Source: an uncultured bacterium (lineage in GTDB: Bacteria > Babelota > Babeliae > Babelales > Vermiphilaceae). Taken from it: 64,000 bases of DNA. Position numbers and translations under genes: made by a program. Location of the stretch: positions 128,001 through 192,000 of the forward strand of contig OY970212.1 in the NCBI GenBank assembly GCA_963713925.1. The letters run 5' to 3'. A model generated the notes under the pieces. It saw only the letters and a program-made list of their open reading frames with translations, searched no databases and was not told the origin of the DNA. This document shows, piece by piece, positions 31,659-42,450 of the stretch (its first letter is position 1; each line of letters starts with the position of its first letter).

Positions 31659-32543
31659 TTATCTTTCTATAAATGTCGGGCAACATTCCATGTGAGCCCC
31701 TTTATTGTGAATTTTATGCAACCGAGAAATATCTATTTTGTTGCCAGATAAAAATTGCTCTAGCAAGTGTGCTGCACTCATTTCAGACATGTGTCTATTT
31801 CCTTGATAGTCTTGTTGCACCAAATTGAGTGGCATATTCACTATTTTGGAAAAAGTGAAGCATATACCTTTTTTGTGCAAAACCGATCTGTATTGTTCAT
31901 GCCAGTGAGCTTCCAATGTATTAGGCGAATGATACGTCAAAGATGAGATAACCGGCAGAATGTCTGCTTTTCTGTAAAGGGTCATATCAACTGTGTTGGG
32001 ATATCCCCAATCGCATGATCCGTTTGCCAATGTCCATTCAAAAATATCTCCGGATTGTCGTCCTGTAGGAATCGGTTGTTTACAGTTGAGCATATAACAT
32101 TCAGATAAGTTGAAGCCAAGCCTGAAATAAAAACCATATGCGCCAAATTGCTTGAGTTGCTTGGCGCAGAATAGCATGTCAAAGTCATCCTTGACGACTA
32201 TGTCATCAACGGCAAAAACAACAAACTCATTGCCAGTTCTTTTTAATGCGTGCTCGGTAAGCGGCTTGAAATCAGCGCGTGGGTTGCTCCCTTGTCGCGT
32301 GAATTGTGCCTGTGGAAATGTTTGAGCGACAATATCGTATCCCTTTTGATATTGATCATTGCTTGAGCGATAAATAACTTCAATTCGAGAAAGGCCGGTA
32401 ACATAGGTATCAATCGATTCAAGCAATGCATAAAGTTGCATCGGTCTATCAAATGAAAAGATGATCATATCAACATTCGGCTGCTGAGCGAAGCCGGAAA
32501 AGAATGAAAAAAAAGAAAGAAACATTACTAGTTTTAACTTCAT
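31659..32543 (-). CDS. GT-A fold glycosyltransferase-like protein
   Basis: IFSFDRPMQLYALLESI, FAVDD; signal peptide GFA. Confidence 0.65.
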   Translation of the reverse strand: MKLKLVMFLSFFSFFSGFAQQPNVDMIIFSFDRPMQLYALLESIDTYVTGLSRIEVIYRSSNDQYQKGYDIVAQTFPQAQFTRQGSNPRADFKPLTEHALKRTGNEFVVFAVDDIVVKDDFDMLFCAKQLKQFGAYGFYFRLGFNLSECYMLNCKQPIPTGRQSGDIFEWTLANGSCDWGYPNTVDMTLYRKADILPVISSLTYHSPNTLEAHWHEQYRSVLHKKGICFTFSKIVNMPLNLVQQDYQGNRHMSEMSAAHLLEQFLSGNKIDISRLHKIHNKGAHMECCPTFIER

Positions 32544-33367
32544 ACCTTTATCTCCAAAGAGGTTACCGTACCATATTTTGGTTTGCTACGAATATACATA
32601 TCAAGGCGGGATTGGAATTCTCTATTCACTTTTGAGTCGTTAAGCGGGGTTCCATAATTATAGATGTACAGGACATCGGGAATAAATCGAGAGTGTGTTC
32701 CAGTCATTTCAAGCATCGGGATCATTAATGCAACATCCCAAGCCATCGGATAAAATACGCCTTCATACAGGAGATCCTCTTTTTTTATCATCTTAAAAAG
32801 TTTTGCATAAAAGGTGCGTAAATGGGATGTATGCCATTCATATGATCGGTATGTTTTTTGTTCAATGACCCAACGCGGCAATTCGTGAAACCAGCTTGCC
32901 TGATTTAATGGCCACCATATGAACGTGCCATAGGTCATCCACACTTCGCCTGATTCATATTCTTGCGCAAGTCGTTCAAGCACATGCTCATGAGCAAACC
33001 AATCATCACCATCGAGCAATACTACTATTTCATCATCATCGCACGAATGTATTGCCTGATAGATATTTGCCAGAGCGCCTTGGCGTTGTTCATTGTTAAT
33101 GAACAACGCTTTATGTGCGTGTCGATGTTGTGCAATGTATTCTTGCACTAATCGAGCCGTGTCATCAGTTGATACGTCGTTAACATAGATAATTCTGAAA
33201 TCATCATATTCTTGATTCAGAGCTGAACTTAAGTTGCGTTCAAGCCATTCTTGATTATTGTACGAGGGAATTACGATGACAAAGCGTGGCAATGCTTCAC
33301 AGAAAGACATGCACAATACCACCTGTGACACAACGAAAAACTTAATAATTATTTTTTGTAGAATCAC
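32540..33367 (-). CDS. GT2 glycosyltransferase
   Basis: VIPSYN, VNDVSTD, LDGDDW; paralog of 30402. Confidence 0.85.
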   Translation of the reverse strand: MILQKIIIKFFVVSQVVLCMSFCEALPRFVIVIPSYNNQEWLERNLSSALNQEYDDFRIIYVNDVSTDDTARLVQEYIAQHRHAHKALFINNEQRQGALANIYQAIHSCDDDEIVVLLDGDDWFAHEHVLERLAQEYESGEVWMTYGTFIWWPLNQASWFHELPRWVIEQKTYRSYEWHTSHLRTFYAKLFKMIKKEDLLYEGVFYPMAWDVALMIPMLEMTGTHSRFIPDVLYIYNYGTPLNDSKVNREFQSRLDMYIRSKPKYGTVTSLEIKV

Positions 33368-34478
33368 CGTAAAGCTCCTGTTCCATCATATCGGCAACCA
33401 ACATATTAAAATTGTAATATGGTTTCCAACCAAGTGTTTGACGCGCTTTAGAAGAATCTCCGAGTAAAAAATCAACTTCGGGCGGACGGAAATATTGCGG
33501 GTCAACAAACACGAGTTCTTGACCAGTTTCAGCATTGTACCCAACTTCTTCAACTCCGGAGCCTTTCCAAGCAATCTTTATATCAACATATGCAAAGGCA
33601 GCCTCAACAAACTCACGAACAGAATGAGCTTCTCCTGTTGCAACCACGTAATCATCGGGTTCATCCTGTTGCAGCATTAACCACATTGCCTGGACATAAT
33701 CTTTTGCATGTCCCCAATCACGCATTGCATCAAGATTTCCCAAATAGAGAGCTTTCTGCTCTCCCCGAAAAATTGCCCCGACAGCGCGTGTGATTTTGCG
33801 TGTGACAAAAGTTTCGCCGCGATAGGGAGATTCATGATTGAATAAGATTCCATTGACTGCATATATGCCATATGATTCGCGATAATTTCTTGTGATCCAA
33901 TAGGCATAGAGTTTTGCTACACCATAAGGAGAGCGTGGATAAAAAGGGGTAGTTTCTTTTTGAGGAATTTCAACAACTTTACCAAACATTTCGCTTGTAG
34001 ATGCTTGATAAAAGCGAACTGTTTTTTCAAGTCCAGCGGATCGAATTGCTTCCAGCAAATATAATGTTCCCAATCCATCGGATAAACCGGTATATTCCGG
34101 CATCAAAAAAGATACTTTTACATGGCTTTGAGCCGCAAGGTTGTATACTTCATCGGGTTTTATTTCTCTCATCAAGCGGATAAGATTAGATGTATCAGTC
34201 AAATCTCCATAATGAAGAAAAAATCGATGATCTCTTTTTTCATGAAGGTCGTGATACAACTTATCGATTCGAAATGTGTTTATTGAAGAACTTCTTCTTT
34301 TAATTCCGTGAACTTCATATCCCTTATCAAGCAGAAGTTCAGCCAAGTAGGCTCCATCTTGGCCGGTTATTCCGGTTATAAAAGCTTTTTTTCTTTGAAC
34401 AGTGTTTCCCCCGCGCACTTCTGTTGTGATGATCGAGCAAAACAAGGCGCACAGGATGAATTGAATTATATGCTTCAT
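33342..34478 (-). CDS. gmd: GDP-mannose 4,6-dehydratase with signal-peptide-like leader
   Basis: [42 protein letters not shown]. Confidence 0.96.
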   Translation of the reverse strand: MKHIIQFILCALFCSIITTEVRGGNTVQRKKAFITGITGQDGAYLAELLLDKGYEVHGIKRRSSSINTFRIDKLYHDLHEKRDHRFFLHYGDLTDTSNLIRLMREIKPDEVYNLAAQSHVKVSFLMPEYTGLSDGLGTLYLLEAIRSAGLEKTVRFYQASTSEMFGKVVEIPQKETTPFYPRSPYGVAKLYAYWITRNYRESYGIYAVNGILFNHESPYRGETFVTRKITRAVGAIFRGEQKALYLGNLDAMRDWGHAKDYVQAMWLMLQQDEPDDYVVATGEAHSVREFVEAAFAYVDIKIAWKGSGVEEVGYNAETGQELVFVDPQYFRPPEVDFLLGDSSKARQTLGWKPYYNFNMLVADMMEQELYGDSTKNNY

Positions 34479-34538
34479 AATACTATCATTCTACTTTTTA
34501 TTTATACCCATGCGGTTTTGTAATGCGCATGAGCTAAT

Positions 34539-35537
34539 TTACTCTTTTATATGATTTGTTTGGTGATACCACGCAATAGTTTTTGCAATTCCTTCTTCAA
34601 GTGAGGTTGATGCTTTCCAGCCTAGAGCATTTATTCGATCGACATTGAGCAGTTTTCGAGGAGTGCCATCAGGCTTTGTGTTGTCATACACCAATTCTCC
34701 TTCAAAGCCGACCGCTTTTTTTATTTTTTCAGCCAACTGGCCAATGGTAAGCTCTTGTCCCGTGCCGACGTTAACAACCTCATCGCCGGTGTAATTATTC
34801 ATTAGGAAAACGCATGCATCAGCACAATCGTCGACATATAAAAATTCTCGATATACTTTTCCAGTCCCCCAAATGACAACATTTTCGGCATTAGTTTCTT
34901 TTGCGCAAATCATTTTGGAAAGTAATGCAGGCAATACGTGAGACATTGTCAGATTAAAATTATCGCCCGGGCCATAGAGATTGGTTGGCATGCACGCAAT
35001 AAAATTAGTTCCGAGTTGACGATTATATGACTGACACAATGAGATACCGGCTATTTTTGCAATAGCATATGCTTCATTGGTTTTTTCCAAACCACCACTC
35101 AAGAGATATTCTTCTTTAATGGGTTGTGGACAATCGCGTGGATAGATGCAAGAAGTGCCTAAAAATAATAATTTTTTCACGCCATATTTATAGGATGAAT
35201 TAATAACATTGAGTTCAATCGCCAAATTTCTGAAAATAAAATCAGCCGGATAATCTCGATTGGCTACAATTCCTCCAACTTTTGCTGCCGCAAGAAAGAC
35301 ATATTCAGGACGTTCATTTGCAAAGAATGTTTCAACATCTTCTTGTCTGCATAAATCGAGCTCTTTAGATGTTCGTGTAATAATGTTTGTGTAACCTAAA
35401 GATTTAAGTCTGCGTACAATAGCTGAACCTACAAGTCCGGTGTGCCCGGCAACATAAATCTTTGCATCAAAAGGCATGCCCGCCTGTATGTGAACAAAGG
35501 TGCTCAAAATTATCAAGAATAGCTTCATTATTTTCAT
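34539..35537 (-). CDS. fcl: GDP-L-fucose synthase with signal-peptide-like leader
   Basis: [41 protein letters not shown]. Confidence 0.95.
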   Translation of the reverse strand: MKIMKLFLIILSTFVHIQAGMPFDAKIYVAGHTGLVGSAIVRRLKSLGYTNIITRTSKELDLCRQEDVETFFANERPEYVFLAAAKVGGIVANRDYPADFIFRNLAIELNVINSSYKYGVKKLLFLGTSCIYPRDCPQPIKEEYLLSGGLEKTNEAYAIAKIAGISLCQSYNRQLGTNFIACMPTNLYGPGDNFNLTMSHVLPALLSKMICAKETNAENVVIWGTGKVYREFLYVDDCADACVFLMNNYTGDEVVNVGTGQELTIGQLAEKIKKAVGFEGELVYDNTKPDGTPRKLLNVDRINALGWKASTSLEEGIAKTIAWYHQTNHIKE

Positions 35538-35680
35538 GGTTTGACTCCTCTTTTTTTTACTATCATCGCTTTGTTTTATTGGTTTGGTATACTATAGCGC
35601 AATGAAATGAGTGTCAATATACCCAAGCGTCATTTTATTATTATTGAGATTTTGGGAATATCGAAAGCGATGCAATATCC

Positions 35681-36241
35681 ATGACTTTTAAAACTCTCGG
35701 TCTCATTTTAAAGCACAAACATTACATCATTTTGCTATTGCTTGGAATGTCATACATCTTTTCGCAAGAAATTCCGGTTCCCGTTCCGCATATTGATCAA
35801 AATCAATTGCCCAAACAGCCGATGAATGTGAATTTTAACGTCTTGAATAAAAACAGCAATCTGGGATTTCAAGGGAATTCTTCCTGTTTGTGCACCTTTT
35901 TTTTTGATGAGCGCTTAAAGCATTGCTTACTGCAGCTTTCAGATGAAGAATTTAATCGAGAAGTAAAAAGTTATCACGATAATCGAATTAAGCATGTATG
36001 GAGAATGCTTGATCGTAATCAAAAAATACAATTTTTATCTACCGTTGATGAAGTATTATATCAACGAATTATCGGTATGATGGAGCCTTTGCCAGAAATG
36101 CCAAAAACAAAACGAGAATGGTTAGCATTAGCTAAAGAAGCTGAAGGGAAAAAGCGAGCTTTAGAGAAATGTGAAAAGGTCATCAATGGGATATTTTATG
36201 TAGCAGGGCTAGCGGTAACCGCAATCATATTTGGCAAATAG
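35681..36241 (+). CDS. Hypothetical membrane/secreted protein
   Basis: N-terminal hydrophobic segment and C-terminal TM. Confidence 0.55.
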   Translation: MTFKTLGLILKHKHYIILLLLGMSYIFSQEIPVPVPHIDQNQLPKQPMNVNFNVLNKNSNLGFQGNSSCLCTFFFDERLKHCLLQLSDEEFNREVKSYHDNRIKHVWRMLDRNQKIQFLSTVDEVLYQRIIGMMEPLPEMPKTKREWLALAKEAEGKKRALEKCEKVINGIFYVAGLAVTAIIFGK

Positions 36242-36335
36242 CCGCACTGAAGCTCATGAATATCTGAAAAAATGGTTGAATAGGACGAGCTCAATAACAA
36301 ACTAATCTCAAAATTAGATCATAGATAGGAAAATA

Positions 36336-37064
36336 TTGATGAATATCAAACTAATTTTCTTTGCACTGTTTCTTGGACAACTACAAGCGGGCGACTCGAC
36401 AAAAAATAGTACGCAACTGACGCCCGAAAAAAACCCTTTAAGTAGTTTTCTCAATGTCTCATTTAACCTGGTCAATAACAACTCCAATAGTTTGTCATCG
36501 GAAATGCAACAAGCATCGGTGCAAAAACAAACGAACGAACAGAGCCTTTTGGTCGACCCGCGATTACTCGCATTAACTGACGTGGTTAAACGGCATTGGC
36601 TCGGCACGACATGCACCATAGTTGGAGTGTGCGCCTTCAGTTCATATATGCTTTTATTTGCTTACATTATGCGAAATAAAAGCTGGATTCATTATGCGAC
36701 TGATGCATGGCACTGCTGGAGAAGCGACGTGTCGATTGATGTGTTAAAACAAGTAGATCCTTCGCTTACAGCTCGAGAACTATGGAAAACGATCCAGAAC
36801 AAATATCTCGAAAATCGAGACAGATCTCCAAACAATCAAGCGGCTGATTGTTTGACGCTTTTTATCAATGAAACATCATATGAAATAGATAGACTTAATA
36901 CATTTATTGAGACGTGCAATACTATTGAAAAACGATACCTTTTTTATATCATACCGACTATTACGCATTCACGTTCTCTTGCATCGGAAAAGCTTTCGCG
37001 TTTACAATTGATGCAACATGCTGTTACTAATACTGTTGTGGCGGCTCTGACGAACCCGATATGA
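36336..37064 (+). CDS. Hypothetical protein (signal peptide plus TM)
   Basis: RBS agga; shares NV.FN..N.NSN with the upstream gene. Confidence 0.6.
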   Translation: MMNIKLIFFALFLGQLQAGDSTKNSTQLTPEKNPLSSFLNVSFNLVNNNSNSLSSEMQQASVQKQTNEQSLLVDPRLLALTDVVKRHWLGTTCTIVGVCAFSSYMLLFAYIMRNKSWIHYATDAWHCWRSDVSIDVLKQVDPSLTARELWKTIQNKYLENRDRSPNNQAADCLTLFINETSYEIDRLNTFIETCNTIEKRYLFYIIPTITHSRSLASEKLSRLQLMQHAVTNTVVAALTNPI

Positions 37065-37095
37065 ATCTCAAAATAGACGGACCTATTTTGAGATT
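37064..37095. terminator. 13-bp perfect hairpin
   Basis: aatctcaaaatag-acggac-ctattttgagatt immediately after the stop. Confidence 0.5.
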
Positions 37096-37120
37096 GGATT
37101 AATGATGATTTATTTTTAAG

Positions 37121-37654
37121 TTGATGTGCAATATGCCGCTTCCACGTTTCATTTTCTTTTCCGTTTTTGTTATCTACGCTTTACATGCTCAAGATAATGA
37201 ACAACTTTCTCCTTTTGATACGGCGGTGCAAGAAATTGCACAACAACCAATCAATACACCCCAAACCAGTACACCCCAAATTCCATTTGGGGACCCCGAG
37301 ATAAATAACAAATCAGAATCACACTTTTTAAATTACGAAAACTGCAAAAAAGCAATCGATTTCATTGCTCTGGCATCGGCATTTATACGCGTGTATGTTC
37401 GATATCAACGCATTTATGGACCTCCCGTTGAGCCGGATTGGCTTGATAAAGCATGGAGTGCCATTTGTCCGGATATTATTCAAGATGCATCGCAACACAG
37501 CAGACTTTTTAAAGAAACCCTGGAAATAACGTTTGAAACAGTAACTATCAAAACGGTGGCGAAACTCATACTTTTTTGTTGGAAGGGCGATGCTTTTACG
37601 ATGATGAAAGCAACAGCTCTCAAAATTCGCCGATTTTTTTGGTTGCTTGTATAA
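37121..37654 (+). CDS. Secreted hypothetical protein
   Basis: Signal peptide LHA; its 3' end is duplicated at 38279-38444. Confidence 0.6.
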   Translation: MMCNMPLPRFIFFSVFVIYALHAQDNEQLSPFDTAVQEIAQQPINTPQTSTPQIPFGDPEINNKSESHFLNYENCKKAIDFIALASAFIRVYVRYQRIYGPPVEPDWLDKAWSAICPDIIQDASQHSRLFKETLEITFETVTIKTVAKLILFCWKGDAFTMMKATALKIRRFFWLLV

Positions 37655-37771
37655 GGCTGATTTTGCAAAGGCAAAACCGCAGATTTAAAAAATAAGCGTT
37701 TAACAAGCATTGCAACATGTTATACTTATGTCCACAAGCTATATTTCATTATTTTCGCAAGGTGACTGACA

Positions 37772-38122
37772 ATGAAAATCAATAGTACTATGATAACAAC
37801 AGCGTTCGAACTTCCGGGATATAAAATCAACCAATCACTCGGGATGGTCAAAGGCATTTCGGTAAGATCACGCAGTATTATCGGCGGAATCGGAGCCGGA
37901 ATACAAACTCTTTTCGGAGGAAATATTTCATTGTATACAAGTCTATGCGAAAAAACTCGTCAGGAAGCTTTTACTATTTTAATTGCACAAGCAGAGGCAT
38001 TAGGAGCAAATGCAATCATCGGAATGCGTTATGATGCTACGGAAATTGCTGCCGGAGTCACTGAGGTAATAGCATATGGAACAGCCGTTATTGCCGATAC
38101 CGGGTTGAAGAGTAATTTTTGA
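37772..38122 (+). CDS. YbjQ/UPF0145 family protein
   Basis: LGMVKG..VRSR, FGG....YT, A...[18 protein letters not shown]. Confidence 0.92.
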   Translation: MKINSTMITTAFELPGYKINQSLGMVKGISVRSRSIIGGIGAGIQTLFGGNISLYTSLCEKTRQEAFTILIAQAEALGANAIIGMRYDATEIAAGVTEVIAYGTAVIADTGLKSNF

Positions 38123-38278
38123 CAACAAGGCGACTATTTTATTTGTGAATAACTACAGCAACCCTGTCATATTTTTATCCATTTGGTTATTTATAGCTAA
38201 CCAAATTGTCAACAAATTGATATTTTTAACTTACTATTTTTAACCATAAAAGCCTTATTTCACACATTTTTTATCCCT

Positions 38279-38444
38279 GCAATACAGCAGACTTTTTTAA
38301 AGAAACGCTTGAGATAACGTTTGAAACTGTAGCCATCAAAACGGCGGCGAAACTCATACTCTTTTGATGGAAGGGCGATGCCGTTGCCATGATGAAAGCA
38401 ACAGCTCTCAAAATACGCAGATTTTTTTCGTTGTTGATTTAGGC
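38279..38444 (+). pseudogene. Displaced 3' fragment of the 37121..37654 gene
   Basis: Diverged direct repeat of 37492-37657 with a +1 T frameshift and TGT>TGA stop. Confidence 0.85.
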
Positions 38445-38533
38445 GTATGGACGGACCTGAATACCTCCCCTTGTTTTTATGTAAAAGCTGACTTAAGATA
38501 AAAAACGTTCAATGGCTCAAAAAAGGAAGTTGG

Positions 38534-40066
38534 ATGAAAAGTAATCTTCGCGTCAGTATTCCGGTGTTTTTATCATGTGCCGTCGGAACGCTTATTAACG
38601 CGTTCACCGGAAATCCGTGCTGCATTCCACAGCGTCGGGATCCTATTATTTGTTATGACGACTGTTATGAATATACAAGTCAGACCTTCATGTATACACA
38701 TCCTATTACGCATAATATTGCTGCATACAAAGATATTTGGCACAGTCTTGTTTACACTCAAGCTCCGGACAGCACTGCATTTCAAATTATAGGAATTGGC
38801 CAAGGGTCAAATTACAACCATAACGTTGTTCGTTATTTTTTATTCGACAAGAAAACATCACTTACGTTCCGTGGTGATGATGCTCCTGATGCGCGATATC
38901 GTGACGTTCGTTCGGAATGGTTTGGCATTAACAACGACAATTTTGCTGCAGATTTAACTCTCAATCCAAAACAAAATCAATTAGGTTTCTTTGTTAATGT
39001 GTATCAGCCGCTTGATACCTTCTTTAATCACCCTTTTTTTGATGATTGGTGGTTAGAAGTTCGTGTTCCGTTTGTACTTGTTGATAACAACATAGGATTA
39101 ATTCAAACGAATTTACACAATCCGGGAACAGCTCAAGGCCCTGAAGATGTTATTCAGGCATTTAATCAACCGCTCTGGAAATTCGGCAGAATGGGTATTC
39201 CCAAGACACGTGCCGGAATTGCAGATATCAGTTTTCTTTTGGGGTCAACCTATTTGAGCAATGGATTTGATGAATTTGCATATTACTCTGGATTTAGCAT
39301 TCCGATTCGTGGATCGACAGACAATCATTACATTTTTGATTCAGTAATGGGAAACAACGGCCACGTTTCATACGATGGCGGCGTTAACTTACAAGTAGGG
39401 CTCAACTGTGACACAGATTGTTACGTTGCTGCATGGTTTTTAAATCTTGAGGTGCATTGGTTGTTTCAAAATAGGCAATGCAGAACATTTGATTTGATGG
39501 ACAAGCCATGGAGCCGCTATTTGTATTACAACAAAAAGGATGGGTTGCCAAATCAGAATGTTTCCGGAGTGAACGTACTTACCCGAGAATGTAAAATCAG
39601 ACCTTATGCTATGTGTGAATTTAACACTGGCTGGCGATGGATCACTGATTCGCTTGAGGCGAATGTGAGTTATTCTTTGTGGGGACATGGTACGGAAGGC
39701 ATCCAGTTGCTCTGCCCTTTTGAAGAAGAGTGGGGTATCGCCGGCGTAGGCCCGTTAAGTCCGCAGCAGCCCGGACTCGCTGCTTCGGCGAGCAATAGCA
39801 CCATTAAAAACCTGGCACCTAATGATGTTGATCCGGATGGAAATCCTATTTTTGTAACCGTCAAAGCCTCTGATCTTAATATTCGCTCGGTACAAAGTCG
39901 CAGCGCGATTGCGCATCGAATTAATGCCTCAATAGGTTTTCATTCATTCGGCAGTTACGCCGATGGATTCTTGGGATTTGGTGGATACTATGAATGGCCT
40001 CAGCCGCATTTCACGAGCACATTGCAAGTGTGGGGCTTGTGGGCCAAGTTTGGCGCTTCGTTCTAA
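38534..40066 (+). CDS. Cys-rich probable outer-membrane beta-barrel protein
   Basis: Signal peptide, aromatic/Gly amphipathic strands, terminal ...WAKFGASF. Confidence 0.55.
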   Translation: MKSNLRVSIPVFLSCAVGTLINAFTGNPCCIPQRRDPIICYDDCYEYTSQTFMYTHPITHNIAAYKDIWHSLVYTQAPDSTAFQIIGIGQGSNYNHNVVRYFLFDKKTSLTFRGDDAPDARYRDVRSEWFGINNDNFAADLTLNPKQNQLGFFVNVYQPLDTFFNHPFFDDWWLEVRVPFVLVDNNIGLIQTNLHNPGTAQGPEDVIQAFNQPLWKFGRMGIPKTRAGIADISFLLGSTYLSNGFDEFAYYSGFSIPIRGSTDNHYIFDSVMGNNGHVSYDGGVNLQVGLNCDTDCYVAAWFLNLEVHWLFQNRQCRTFDLMDKPWSRYLYYNKKDGLPNQNVSGVNVLTRECKIRPYAMCEFNTGWRWITDSLEANVSYSLWGHGTEGIQLLCPFEEEWGIAGVGPLSPQQPGLAASASNSTIKNLAPNDVDPDGNPIFVTVKASDLNIRSVQSRSAIAHRINASIGFHSFGSYADGFLGFGGYYEWPQPHFTSTLQVWGLWAKFGASF

Positions 40067-40081
40067 AAAATGACACACTTA

Positions 40082-40319
40082 GAGCTTATATGAAATTCCC
40101 AGAAGTTGCTCATTGCTATGTCAGGGCAGAATTTATTTCAGGATCTACTTAACCTGGATCCAGCCTTTTACCCAAATTCAGCGTGCGCTTCATTTGGGAC
40201 CCAGCCTTCGCTTATCCAGGCTTTCGGGCTTGGTAAGCTACGGCGGACAAGTTGCTGAAACAAGTGCCTCTTGACAACCAACCCCTTTTAGTTAGAAAGC
40301 TTAATTTTCGGATAAGCTC
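40082..40319 (-). mobile_element. MITE (TIR GAGCTTATccGAAAaTT), 238 bp, with nested palindromes
   Basis: Imperfect TIRs; TTA/TCA flanks; colinear with the 59357 and 63361 copies. Confidence 0.85.
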
Positions 40320-41369
40320 TCATTCTTTAATCGGGATCAAACTTTTGTATAGTCCCTGTTTATCAATTTTTGCAATCCACATTTCATGGTCTTGGCGGCC
40401 GTAGGCAAGGACAATGGAGTCGTCAGCATCAATAAAACCGCACGGAAATACGGCAACAATGGAACCCCAATACGGTTTGTAGGTTGTGCCATGATAAAAG
40501 TTTTTTCCAATAATCGGGAATGAACTCATTCCGGTTATGTTAAAGGGAAATTGCGTAGAAAAAGTGTAAGCACCGATAAAATAATGGCGGGCCAGTTTAG
40601 GATGATGTACTGATTTCATCATCAATGATGAATGAAAAAATGATAGGTAGTGATCTCTATATCGCAGTGCTGTAGTTCCTCCGCGAGGCTCACCCCATTG
40701 CCAATCAATTCTTGCTTCAGTTGTTCCTATCGATTGGCAAAATTCCGTGCCCGTCAAATCAGGTTTAAATATTTTGTGCGGGGTAATACTGTATCCCAAC
40801 AATAATGTATCTTGAGACACAAAAGGAACCCAGTTTTTTTCTCGTTGGTTGTTATCACATCCTTCAAAGAGCGATAATCTTTCGATCTGTTCGATGAGCA
40901 CTTTTTGAGGTGCACGCCCTTTGCATGATAATCGAGCAACATGCATACGAAATCCTTTTTTACTGATAACCGGATCTACGTTATCGCTATAAATCAAATA
41001 GAGCTTATCTTTAATCGAGACAAGTCGACCGTCTTCCGCACGTGAAGGAATCGTTGAGTTGGGACGGAAATCCAAAAGCATCGGCTTTGAAATAGGTTTC
41101 AAATCTTCATTGAGCCACACAAGGCCTATGTATGAGACAAAAGAATTTTTCGGATCGGGTATAACACGAAAACTCATCAAAATGTTGTGCTGCCAACGAA
41201 TAATTGAAGGATTAAAAGCGGTAGGATATTCTTCAAGAATGATCTGCTTTGTCTCTCGGACAAAATCTTGGCTGAAGTTTTCTAAATCAATGTGTGAGCT
41301 CTGCAAAAAACGAACGTATATAAGAGCAATGCAACAAGAGAACTTAGGAAATGTCATAGATATTCTCAT
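40320..41369 (-). CDS. Five-bladed beta-propeller glycoside phosphorylase/transferase-like (GH130/GT108-like)
   Basis: FNPSI, AEDGRL, EKNW, RGGT, FFH, VFP.G, YG.QD. Confidence 0.65.
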   Translation of the reverse strand: MRISMTFPKFSCCIALIYVRFLQSSHIDLENFSQDFVRETKQIILEEYPTAFNPSIIRWQHNILMSFRVIPDPKNSFVSYIGLVWLNEDLKPISKPMLLDFRPNSTIPSRAEDGRLVSIKDKLYLIYSDNVDPVISKKGFRMHVARLSCKGRAPQKVLIEQIERLSLFEGCDNNQREKNWVPFVSQDTLLLGYSITPHKIFKPDLTGTEFCQSIGTTEARIDWQWGEPRGGTTALRYRDHYLSFFHSSLMMKSVHHPKLARHYFIGAYTFSTQFPFNITGMSSFPIIGKNFYHGTTYKPYWGSIVAVFPCGFIDADDSIVLAYGRQDHEMWIAKIDKQGLYKSLIPIKE

Positions 41370-42450
41370 CTACTGAGACATCAGTTATTGCTTTAGTGCT
41401 TATTGATTCAGCTTGCTCGATGTCAGCGTGTGAGCAGGGCATTAAGCTTTCATACAATCGTTTCTTGTCCAATTGTGCAACCCATATCTCAAAATCTTGT
41501 CGGCCGTAGGTAATCCAAATATATTCTTTTTCAGCGATGATTCCCATGGGAAATACGACGCGCAATGGCTTCCAGGTAGGATATGCAGGCGCATTGTAAA
41601 AATTTTTTTCCACAATTGGCAGGGGACTTATGTCAGTAACTGCAAACGGCGGTTCGCTTGAAAATCGGTAGGCTCCCATGACATAGTGGGACATTTTTTT
41701 CCCGTCTGAATGAACCGTTTCCATTTCTTGTGACGAATGAAAAAATGAAATGTATTTTCCTTCATCTAAAATTGCCGGTGTTCCGCCACGCAACACTCCC
41801 CATGGCCAATGTATATTGCATTGTGTTGAAGATACTGTCTGACAATAGCCATCTTCATATGATGGCTTGAGAATGATGTGCGGATTTTGACTGTAGGCAA
41901 GCAAAAGTGAGTCCTGATAATTAAAAGGAGTCCAATTCTTTTGCCATCTGGTAAGCGATCCGAAAGATGAGTTTAAGCATAATGGGTTTTCTACAAAAAA
42001 AGTGTCTCCATCTTGCTGCATCTGAGCAACAAACATTCTCCGTGTGACAAAATCATCAATTTTTGTGAAATTGCAGTATAAAATGTGGAGCTTTCCTTGA
42101 ATGACAATCAAGCGTGGGTCTTGATTTTGATTAAAAGAAGAATCAGTATCTTTTATTTTCAAAATCTGAGGTCGGCTTATTGGGTTAAATTCTTCATCGA
42201 GCCACACACATCCAACTTGAAAAGTTGATCTCATATGCGTGTCTCTCACTCGAAAACACATGAGTAATGAATTTTGCCAGCGAATGACAGATGCGTTAAA
42301 TGCTCCGGGATACCCGGGGATATGTATCTGCTTGGTTTGAAGAACAAAGTCTTGACAATAATCTGTGAGATCAATCAATGCCGCGCGTGATACATTTGAC
42401 AGTACCAACAGATATATCAGTAAAAATCTAACAATTTCCACTTTGATCAT
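41344..42450 (-). CDS. Paralog of 40320 gene
   Basis: FNASV, QDPRL, QKNW, RGGT, VFP.G, YGRQD; signal peptide SRA. Confidence 0.65.
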   Translation of the reverse strand: MIKVEIVRFLLIYLLVLSNVSRAALIDLTDYCQDFVLQTKQIHIPGYPGAFNASVIRWQNSLLMCFRVRDTHMRSTFQVGCVWLDEEFNPISRPQILKIKDTDSSFNQNQDPRLIVIQGKLHILYCNFTKIDDFVTRRMFVAQMQQDGDTFFVENPLCLNSSFGSLTRWQKNWTPFNYQDSLLLAYSQNPHIILKPSYEDGYCQTVSSTQCNIHWPWGVLRGGTPAILDEGKYISFFHSSQEMETVHSDGKKMSHYVMGAYRFSSEPPFAVTDISPLPIVEKNFYNAPAYPTWKPLRVVFPMGIIAEKEYIWITYGRQDFEIWVAQLDKKRLYESLMPCSHADIEQAESISTKAITDVSVDENIYDIS

